Below, piece by piece: positions 1 through 10,200 of a stretch of 64,000 bases of DNA. The position numbers were made by a program, and so were the translations under genes. The DNA is from an uncultured candidate division Zixibacteria bacterium (lineage in GTDB: Bacteria; Zixibacteria; MSB-5A5; UBA10806), in the NCBI GenBank assembly GCA_963801605.1, contig CAWDFP010000006.1, positions 1,600,001 to 1,664,000 on the forward strand, in the 5' to 3' direction. Within the stretch, counting starts at the first letter, position 1; each line of letters begins with the position of its first letter. The notes beneath the pieces were generated by a model. The model saw only the letters and a program-made list of their open reading frames with translations, made no database searches and was not told where the DNA came from.

Positions 1-1
1 T

Positions 2-1115
2 AAGGGGCGAAATGACAATTCTATCTGGCAAACCGAACGGCGAAGTATCAGCCTAACCGGTGATTCTTATGCCGTAACAGTCGGAAATTATAACGCCAAT
101 ATCGGCCTCGGATTGGGAATAGGACGATATGATTACCGTCCGATTAATATGCTCCAAAGACAGCATTGAATCCGATTTTTTGAATCCGGATAATAGCTAT
201 TATAATGGCGCCAAGATCGAAATTAATAATCGCTTCGAAGTTTTATTATCATCGAAAAAATATTTATCAGTACGTAAGGATTTTGGCGGGGGAGCGTTTA
301 CTGTTCCCATCGGAGAAAATAGGATTGGCCTGACTGCCAGCGCCACCAAACTGGTTTCGAACGGTAAATACCGAACGCTCGGCGAAGGCTCGATCTTTTA
401 TTCAAATTCCATCCTGGGGATCTCATCCGAGCTTGGTTACGCTGAATCCGGCGCAGGAGTCGCTTGCGAATTCGACAGAAAAAGTTATGATATTAGATTC
501 TGGTATTATGACGATTCTTTTATCAATCCCCAATCATCAGGTTTAGCATATCCGGATTATATTACTTTCAGGGATGAGAGATTTCCAATTTCATTTCGAC
601 AACCGCAGGCCGGGGAGAGCGGGCTTTCAGTTCGGAAAATTGTTGATTTTGGCAGGTTGCGGCTGGTTGGATGGTCATCAATCTGGAAACGATCTCCTCA
701 AGCATCAGCATCTTTAGATAATTCTCTGGGCGCCCGCCTTATCATCGGGGACGGTTTTGATATCAATGGCCGATATGGGGAACGATCCGGGCAATTAACC
801 GGTCGTACAATAGCCGAGCTTGGTTTCAATTTTAAGAAGGGAATCGAGATTTCGACACTGATATCAAGTTGGATTGATGGCAACAGCACCGACGATTCTC
901 GCTCGTTTGCACATCTTTATATGTCAATTCCCGTCAAGGCCGGTTTTATGGCCTGCGCCAGAATACGGTCGCATTTTAACGGCAAGCTTGAATATTTTAT
1001 CGAGGAAAGAACGATTTTATCAGATCGCCTGTCGCTTAAAGCCACCTATCGCTGGCAGGATTCATACGAAAAAGACAGTGGCCCGCTATACCTAATATTG
1101 GAGACATCCTATTGA
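2..1115 (+). CDS. 5'-truncated putative outer-membrane protein (resembles FCB-group helix-hairpin-helix/ComEA-associated beta-barrel proteins); apparent frameshift near 150
   Basis: Frame starting at base 2 reads ...YAVTVGNYNANIGLGLGIGRYDYRP, then continues in ORF 129..1115. Alternating hydrophobic beta-strand pattern and terminal aromatic residue (LETSY). Overlaps the next gene. Confidence 0.45.
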
Positions 1116-1951
1116 AAACGCTGTTGATACTTTTGTTATTACCGGCACAACTCTGGGCGCAAGCCGTGCTGTCGGAGATTCTTTATAATGAGCCTGGTTC
1201 GAATACGTCGCTGGAATGGATTGAAATATATAATCGAGGCGACATCGCAATAGATCTTACTAATATTATCGTTATTACCGGAGCCGATACAGCAACTTTT
1301 CTGCCTTCATCTATCGTTCCGGCCCGCGAATATGCTATTTTGGCAAAACGATTATTATCTACTGATAATACCCCGTCATTTGAGAGCCAGTGGGGAGACT
1401 CGTCAGGTTTTTGGGGTGATAGCCCGCGCGAAAACTATCCGGCGTTCGAGACAAATATGGCACTATCCAACTCATCCGGGGCGGTCTATCTGCTTTCCAG
1501 CGAGCTTGAGGCTATTGATCAATGCATTTGGAATGAAACGGCCGGGGATGGGCAATCGCTGGAACGGGACAACGTAGAGTTGCCATCAGATTCCTGGCAT
1601 CTTTCATCTGATTCGTCCGGCTCAACTTCGGGACGAGTCAATTCAATGCCGGCTAATTTGGAAAATGAACTAATTTCGATATCATCGAGAATAATCTCAC
1701 AGAGAAGACGAGAGACGATATCAATCAATTATGCGCTTCCCGCAGGAAGCACTATTGCTATCGAAATATTCAATGATTCCGGCCGCAAACAGATTACTCT
1801 GGCAGAAAAGCTGCAAGGGATGGGGCTAATTATATGGGATGGCAGAGATAACGACGAGAAAGCACTTTATCCCGGAGTATATTTGCTTCTTTCGACTATC
1901 TCAGGCCCCAAAAGCATGACTAAATGCATTCCGCTGGTGATCGCCCCATGA
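1112..1951 (+). CDS. Secreted lamin-tail-domain (LTD) protein with C-terminal FlgD-Ig/T9SS-like domain
   Basis: Signal peptide; LTD motifs SEILYN, EWIEIYN, ALSNSSG, GQSLER; C-terminal WDGRDNDEKALYPGVY. Confidence 0.75.
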   Translation: MKTLLILLLLPAQLWAQAVLSEILYNEPGSNTSLEWIEIYNRGDIAIDLTNIIVITGADTATFLPSSIVPAREYAILAKRLLSTDNTPSFESQWGDSSGFWGDSPRENYPAFETNMALSNSSGAVYLLSSELEAIDQCIWNETAGDGQSLERDNVELPSDSWHLSSDSSGSTSGRVNSMPANLENELISISSRIISQRRRETISINYALPAGSTIAIEIFNDSGRKQITLAEKLQGMGLIIWDGRDNDEKALYPGVYLLLSTISGPKSMTKCIPLVIAP

Positions 1952-2725
1952 GAAAACTCTTAGTAGCGCTTTTGATTATTCCAATGCAATTTGTGCGGGC
2001 CAACGGCCCCGATGAGATGATTCTCTGGAATTACCAATCGCCCATTGTTCCGAAGGGACATTATGGTACAAGTCCCAACTTCATTTGCCGGAAGGGAGCA
2101 AATGCCATTCTGTTATATTCCAAGCCATATACGATAAACTCGCTTAACTGGAATTTCGGGGCTGTTAATTATGGCTTTGGACGATGGGGGATAGCAGCAG
2201 GTTTCCGTTCGTATGATTTGAGCGGACTCTATAACGATTCGAAAGTCACTTTGGGCGGCGCTTTCAAACCGTTGGAGGCTTTGGCCATATCATCAACCTT
2301 TGATTTTGAAAGCGAGAAGTTTGGAAATGATTCCAGATACAATGGAATTGACCTTAATATTGAAATATCATTTCAAGAAAAACAATCTGGCCGGGGCGAT
2401 GTCGCTAAATCGTATCAATCTTGAAAAACCCTACGATTACTCCAGGCAGATCGAACCAGCGGTAATGGGAGCAGTCGATCTTGGCGACGGCATGATTTTT
2501 TCTGCGGGATTCAGGGAATCTGAGGGGAAGCAGGGAAGATGGTTTTTCAAACAAGATATTGCAATCGTAAAAGGAGCCGATCTCGAATTGGGATACATGA
2601 ACAATCCAAATATCCTGAGATGGGGCCTTGATTTATCATGGAAATCGCTTAGATTGAGCTTTAGTTATTTAGCAATTAGCAGATTAAACGATACTATGGT
2701 TATTGGTTTATCTCGAGGAGAATAG
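1948..2725 (+). CDS. Putative outer-membrane beta-barrel protein (PorV/FadL-like fold suspected); frameshift near 2378
   Basis: ATG 1948 overlaps the upstream TGA; signal peptide; ORFs 1924..2424 and 2300..2725 join at an A-run; amphipathic beta-strands throughout. Confidence 0.45.
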
Positions 2726-2731
2726 AGAGAG

Positions 2732-3883
2732 ATGTTTCGCGAAGAGTATGAAAAAATGGAAATGCAGTTTCTGGCGCGTTATGCCATGAAATCATGCGAA
2801 ACCAGAGGCCGTCGCCAACCGGAGCCGAAACATCCCTACCGCACCGATTTTCAAAGAGACCGGGATCGGATTGTACATTCCACTGCTTTTAGACGGCTGG
2901 AATATAAGACCCAGGTTTTCGTTAATCATGAAGGTGATCATTTCAGGACGCGCCTGACTCATACGCTCGAAGTGGCAATCATCGCCCGCTCGATAGCGCG
3001 GAGCATGCGTCTCAACGAGGACTTGACAGAAGCGATTGCCCTGGCGCATGATCTTGGGCATACGCCGTTTGGTCATTCCGGCGAAGAGGTCTTAAATGAG
3101 CTTCTAAAAGACCAGGGAGGTTTCGAACACAACAGGCAATGCATCAGGGTCGTTGACCTTCTGGAAAATCATTATCCCCAATTCCCGGGGCTTAATCTCA
3201 CCTATGAGCTTCGCGAGGGAATCGTAAAACATCACTCCGATTACGATAATCCGCAGCTCGACTGGGAGCTTGGCCTCGACGGCAAGCCATCGCTGGAATG
3301 CCAGATTGTCAATATGGCTGATGAGATTGCCTACAACTGCCATGACGTCGACGATGGGCTTTCCTCCGGCGTAATAACCGAGGATCAGCTGGCAGAAATA
3401 GATATCTGGCGAGATCGCTTTAACGAAATCAGGAAGCAGTATCCCTACGCGGATGAACAGATGCGGCGGCATTCGATGATACGTTATTTGATAAATTTCC
3501 TGGTAACCGATATCACGATCAATTCGGAGCAGATTTTATCCAAAGAAAATCCGCTGAATACTGAGGATGTCAGGAAGAGCAGGAAAACTCTTATCGCGTT
3601 TTCGCCCGAAACTATTAAGCTCAACAGCCAGCTAAAGCTATTTCTATATCAAAATATGTACCGGCATTATAGGATGGTACGCATGTCGGAGAAAGCCAAG
3701 CGGATCATTAGCGAGCTATTCAACGCCTATATGGGGAATATCGATCTACTGCCTGACCACATAAAAAACAGGATCGGAGTTGAGAAGCGTCACGTAATTG
3801 TTGCCGATTATATTGCCGGTATGACTGATCGTTTTGCAGGGGCGGAGTACAAAAAATTGCTCGATCCGTTTGAACGAGTCTGA
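2732..3883 (+). CDS. dgt: Deoxyguanosinetriphosphate triphosphohydrolase (HD family)
   Basis: RTDFQRDRDRI, FRRLEYKTQVF, RTRLTHTLEVA, HDLGHTPFGHSGE, ADEIAYNCHD, DYIAGMTD. Confidence 0.95.
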   Translation: MFREEYEKMEMQFLARYAMKSCETRGRRQPEPKHPYRTDFQRDRDRIVHSTAFRRLEYKTQVFVNHEGDHFRTRLTHTLEVAIIARSIARSMRLNEDLTEAIALAHDLGHTPFGHSGEEVLNELLKDQGGFEHNRQCIRVVDLLENHYPQFPGLNLTYELREGIVKHHSDYDNPQLDWELGLDGKPSLECQIVNMADEIAYNCHDVDDGLSSGVITEDQLAEIDIWRDRFNEIRKQYPYADEQMRRHSMIRYLINFLVTDITINSEQILSKENPLNTEDVRKSRKTLIAFSPETIKLNSQLKLFLYQNMYRHYRMVRMSEKAKRIISELFNAYMGNIDLLPDHIKNRIGVEKRHVIVADYIAGMTDRFAGAEYKKLLDPFERV

Positions 3884-3989
3884 TTTTTTTGCGGAGACTA
3901 ATAATCGATGCCTTTTAATATGATTTAACTCTTTTATCTAAAAAGCTTTAGCTATTCAAAATATTTGAGAATATTTATCGACAAACTTG

Positions 3990-4020
3990 TTGACAAGCGG
4001 CAGGGCTAAAGATATATATT
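3990..4020 (+). promoter_or_regulatory. Putative sigma70 promoter of the S8 protease gene
   Basis: TTGACA at 3990-3995; TATATA/TATATT at 4013-4020. Confidence 0.55.
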
Positions 4021-4231
4021 GAAAAAGCAGTTTTTGTATGCGAGTGAGGGAAACGCATATTCTAACAAGATTTACTAACTTAAGATCTAAAAAAAATTCT
4101 TCAACGACCATTAGGCTAGTTGAACCATAATCGAATCATAGAAAAGTGTTTAAAAGGAGGTATCACAGAAAAGCAACTACGATCATAATTAGTGATTTAT
4201 CAGTTAACCTTCACGATTGGAGATCTTCTTT

Positions 4232-7200
4232 ATGTCAAAAAAGCTAAGATTTTCAGTGTTAGTCCTACTCACTCTTATCATATCCTCTGCGGCTTTTGCC
4301 GGCGAATATAGTCCGGCGTTTCCTGCATATTTGGAGCAGCATAAGCAAGGGGAGATGGTAACGGCTATTATAACGATGGCCGATGCAGTGGATTTAAGGG
4401 CTATACAGAACAACCTATATGCCATTCACGCCGATAGAAGGGTTTGGCATGAGACGGTAGTTCGGGCGCTGCAAGCAAAGGCGACCCAGAGCCAGGCGGA
4501 CATACTGGCCCAGATAGCCCAAATGGCTCAGAATGGGCAGGTAAGTTCGTATAAGAACTATTGGATAGCTAACATGATTATCGTAACGGCCACACCAGAA
4601 GCTATCGATCAGCTGGTGCGTCGGAACGATGTTCTTCAGATTAGCCCCAATTACGCTATCGAAAATATTAACCCGGTTGAAAAAGGCGAAAATAATCCCA
4701 CGATCATGGGACATGAAAACGGCGCTGATGTACTCCATGTGCCTGAAGTTTGGGCTATGGGTATCACCGGTGAGGGCCGTCTCGTAAGCCATCTCGATAC
4801 CGGTGTTGACGGTAATCATCCGGCTCTGGCAGAACGCTGGAGAGGCATTGCGGATGCCCGCTATGCCAGCAATCCGGAATGGGCCTGGAACGATCCGTTA
4901 ACCAATACCACATTCCCGCAGGATTGGGGCCAGCATGGAACCCACACGATGGGAACCATTTGCGGCCGCAGCAACGAAACCGATGATACGGTTGGAGTGG
5001 CAATCGATGCCCAATGGATTTCGGCCGGCGTCATTGACCGTCAAAGCATTCCGCGCACGGTGCAGGATGCCATGACCGCTTTCGAATGGGTCGCCGATCC
5101 TGATCAAGACCCCGGAACGGTATGGGACGTACCTGATGTATGCTCCAATTCCTGGGGCGTCAGCCAGAATATCGGCGGTTATCCTCCTTGTTCCGATATG
5201 TTTTGGTCAGTCCTCGATGCCTGCGAAGCAGCTGGTATCGTAGTAGTATTTGCGGCAGGTAACGAAGGCTCGGTCAACGAACTCTTCGCGTTCCCGCCGA
5301 CAGGGCTACAACTGAACTGACAAGTTTTTCAATTGGCGCCATTGATGGCCATAACCCGAACCTGACAATTGCCGATTTCTCGTCACGCGGACCATCCAAT
5401 TGCACGCCTGACGGTTCTGATACTTTCAAGCCGGAAGTTGTTGCTCCCGGCGTAAACGTTCGTTCATCAGTTCCCGGTGGCGGATATCAGGACGGATGGA
5501 GCGGTACGTCAATGGCCACTCCGCATATCGCGGGTATCGTGGCTTTGATGAGGCAAGCTAACCCCAATTTGACATCCGAACAGATTCGTCAAATCCTCCT
5601 CGATACGGCCGATGATCTTGGACCCGACGGCGAGGATAATACTTATGGCCGCGGCGTAGCAAACGCTTTATCGGCAGTTAATGCCGCCATCTCTCTGTTA
5701 AACGGCTGGGGCGGTCAAGAAGGTTATATTACCGATCAAGCTTCCGGTGATCCTCTTCCCGGCGCCAGAATTTCGGTCATTGGCCGCACCTGGGGCACCA
5801 ATGCCCGCGCCAACGGACATTATGTACTGATGGTTCCATCCGATACGGCCTGGGTCGTAAAGGTTGAGTTCCCTCCGTCACATCTTCCGATATACGACAC
5901 TATCACGGTTGTTGAGAATGACACTATTTCACAGAACTACGCTCTTGAAGGCAAGGTCAATGCGGTTTTACGAGCCTCCTTCGCCAATCCCGTTAATGTG
6001 GATTATCGTTCATTCTACATCAAGGGTAGTTGGAATGCCGATGGTTTCTATGATGCCGACTGGTCAGCTCCGTTAATCGAAGTTAAGGACGATGGAGTTG
6101 CCCCGGATCAAGTCTCAGGAGACGGTATTTTCACGGCCAGTGTGTTGCTGGCCAGGGACAATACTCATACCTATTCCTGGGCTATCTATAGTGAGAACTA
6201 TGGCGGCGAAAATGCCCGGTTGCAGTATGGCAGCAGTTTCCAAATACCGAATTTGATTCCTCCAGTGGTTCCCACTTTAGCGGTTAATCCATCCGGTTCC
6301 GACAACAACTGGAATATTTCGGTATTAGGCGACAACGGTTTGAATTTTAACCTGAATCGCACCGACCTTAACCATCCCACCAGATGGGCCGCAGCTTGCT
6401 CTTTGACTCAAGGATATACTTATACTTTCAGGTTCAGAGCAATGCATTCATCGGTCGCCAGCTACGGTGTAGGCGGAATCGGCGGAGCCGATATCGTCTA
6501 CTCGGCGACAACATCCGGACCATTTGATTTCATATTTGATGATCGCAACGATTCATATATCGTGCAATTAACGGGCACTGAAGGCCCGCCTACTTACTTA
6601 TCGGCCAGATCAGGGCTGGATGGCCATATTCCCATCTCCTGGTTACCTCCGGGGACAACAGCGTCCACCGAATGGTACTATGATGATGGTACCTGCGCGA
6701 ACGGCTGGATGTATTTAGCTGATGACAACGTTATCGCTAATATGTTCGCGCCTGCTTCCTGGCCTCTAACGATCGATTCGGTTATGGTGCATCTATTCAC
6801 CGAAGGCGATCCGAACTGGCCATGGCCGGATGGTAGTCCCGATCCAGTCTTAATGTCGATCTTTTTAGATGACGGCACCGGTTATCCTCAAGCGGATCCC
6901 GTCTGGACAGCAGAAGTTACCGGCGAGCTCGGCGCTCCATGGGTGAGCGTGGATGTGCCAGAGATTAACGTCGATCAAGGCTACTTCTGGGTAGGGATGC
7001 AGAATCTTGCCGGCGGCGGTCAAGAAGGCATAGGTCAAGATGCTTATACCGATTTCCCCGAAAATAAATGGGGTAGACTGAATGGTGTCTGGGCGACTCA
7101 GGATATTTATACAGGCGACCAGATGATCCGAGTAAAGGTATTCGGCGGCGGCCGCGACCTGTTACTCTCGCACGATGCCACTCCGGCGGAAGAGATTTCG

Positions 7201-10200
7201 TCAAGAGTTGGTTTCGGCGGCGATCCGTCAACGGCGGTAGGTACGGGCCAAGCCAATCCTGCTCCAAACGCTGCCAGCGCTCAGCATTCCAGGCGGATGG
7301 CTTATCATCCCAATCAGAAAGTTGGGAATCTGCCTACCATTATGGATACTGAAGTGCTCGCGGGATACAATCTCTACCGCGATTTGACCACCGGACCATT
7401 TAACCGTCCGCTTCAGACCAAGGTCAACAGCGCCTTGATAACTGCCACCAGTTATGATGATTGGGGTACCGACGCTAACGGACCAATTGTCAACGGTGTT
7501 ACATATTTCTATCAGGCTTCAGCGGTGTATGATATTGGCGGCGGGCGTTTTGTCGAGGTCGGACCCTCCAACGAGGTAACCGGCGTCGCTCAGAACCATC
7601 CTCCAGCCAATCCGACCAATTTGACCGGTTCCTCGAACGGAAACAATATCGATATCTCCTGGAACCGGAATACCGATTACGATATCCAAGCGTACCGGGT
7701 TTACAGACGTGACTATAACCAGCAAACGTTTAACCTGGTTGGCACTGTCACTCATCCCGACACGACTTTCCACGAAGTAATCACGATTGACGGTATTTAT
7801 CGCTATAAGATAGCGGCCGTCGATCGCGGAGGACTGCAGTCCGACGGCTTCTCCAATTCGCTTGACCTGCCGATCGGGGCAATCCCACCGCGTGATTTGA
7901 GAGCTTCTATCGATCAGGAATTCCAGGTCAGTTTGCGATGGAATCATCCTGGCGGCGGCGGCGGCGAATTAAATGTACTTATCATCGCTGCCGATGCTTG
8001 CCACCATGCTTCAGAGCGAGTTGCAGGGCTTCGATGACGTCACCGTAGTAGATTATTTTGACGGCAGGAATGGCGTTCCCACTCCTGATGAGCTCGAGCC
8101 TTACAATGTTGTGATAGTCTGGTCCAACTACGTTTTCTCAGACCCAGTAGGTATGGGCGATGCGTTGGCCGACTACGTTGATAATGGCGGCGGTGTCGTT
8201 CTCAACCAATTCTGCTTTGGAACCGGTTGGGGTTTGGCGGGCCGAATTATGGATCAGTATTCATCGTTTGCCCAGGGCCCGACCCAGTACGTTCAGCGGA
8301 ACCTTGGTGAGTTCGATCCGTCGAATCCGATAATGGAAGGTGTCACCGCAATGAGTGATAGATTCCAGGCTTCGGTTCCCGTAATCAACAACGGACAGGT
8401 GATCGCTTCGTATGACGACGGAACGCCCCTCGTTGCCGTTAATCCGGATCTGCCGGTAGTTAGCTTCAACTGCTATGTCGGTGATTCTCGTCAATTCACG
8501 GGCGACGCAGTTCTAATTGCTCACAACGCCTTGAAATATGTCGCTGGCGGCGCGGTTGTAATTCCGCAAACCTACAATATCTACAAGGCCACAAGTGTCG
8601 GCGGTCCATTTAATCTTTTGGCATCAGTACCTGGCGTCCAGAAAACCTATGTCGATAGACCCGTCCCGAACGGCATCGATTATTGGTACCGCATTACGGC
8701 GGTGTATCCCGGTCCTGACGAGTCAGATCCGTCCAACGTTGCCAACGGCAGAGGCATGAACCATCAGCCCCCGACTCCGTTCAACGTTACCGGCGTTGTT
8801 AATGGCCGCGATGTTACCCTGCATTGGTCATACGATAACAGTGTAGGCGATTTAGCGCACTTCAATGTCTGGTATAGACAGATGCCGGGCGGAACAGATG
8901 TTCTTGCCGGCTCGCCGACCGATTCGACTATGGTCGTTCCCATTCCCGGCGGTCAGGATGGCATTTTTGCGTTCACGATCAGCGCGGTAGATAACGGCAC
9001 GCCGCCTCTGGAGAGTTTGCATTCACGCGATCTATTCTTGCCAATCGGCACACTGCCTCCGACTTCTCTTAGAGCTACCAACGGCGCCGAATTCGCAGTG
9101 CCGCTAAACTGGATGCTACCTGGTTCCTGGCTGACCACAGACAAGGCCAATCCCGACCAACCGATTCAATATCGTCCCGATCCCGTTCAACCTCTGGATA
9201 TGTCTCAAAAGGGAACCAATGGGCCGACCAATCCTCCAGTTCTTCTCAACAGAGGCGGTCCGGATGAATTCGGTTATACCTGGGTTGATTCAGACGAACC
9301 GGATGGTCCCGCTTATCAATGGAGAGATATCATTGATATTGGCACGCAGATACCTCTTAATTCTGACGACCAGAACCTGGGGCCGTATGATATAGGCTTC
9401 GACTTCAACTTCTATGGTAACGTCTACAACACTTTCAACGCTTGCACCAACGGCTGGATTAGCTTCACCAGCGCCGATGCCTTCTACAATAACCAGACAC
9501 TCCCCGGAAACGCTTATGGCTATCCGTTTAATATGGTAGCTCCGTTCTGGGATGACCTGGTATTCAATACGGGCAATCCCACTTGTTACTACTATTCTGA
9601 CGGTAATGAGTTAGTGATCTCCTACATCGACGTACCGCATATCAGTGTAGGTGGACCATATACATTCCAGATTGTCCTGCGTTCCTCCGGAGCCATTTAC
9701 TTTGAGTACCAAACCCTGAATGATCCCACGGACAATTGCACGGTGGGTATCCAGAATGGCGATGGTACAGTTGGTCTTGAGATGGTTTACAACGCAGCCT
9801 ATCTGCATGATGCGATGGCAATCAGGATTGGCACAGGTCCCGAGGGATTTCCTCCTGTTCACTACAAACTCTATCGGTCTCTGACTGCTGGAGTGCCAAT
9901 TGATCCTCAGCATCTTATTACCAGCGCACTTCCGGGTCTGCAAACCAGCTACACAGATATGGGCGGACTACAGAATGGCGTTACTTACTACTACAAAATC
10001 ACAGCGGTTTGGCCGGATTCATCCGAATCTCTGCCCTCCAATGAAGCCGCTGGCACACCTGCCAATCATCCGCCAGAGCCGCCATCAGCGCTGCATGGAT
10101 CGGTTACCGGCCGTGATGTAACGCTCTACTGGCATTTCACCAATTTGATGGGTGATTTCCAGCATTTCAATATTTACAAGAAACTCATTCCCGGCGGCTC

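Noticed and set aside
2732..3883. Antiphage dGTPase
   Set aside because: Short housekeeping-type dgt in an ordinary operon context with no defence genes nearby.
7951..7965. (GGC)5 as a phase-variation tract
   Set aside because: Triplet repeat encoding a Gly linker; it cannot shift the frame and lies upstream of the actual indel.
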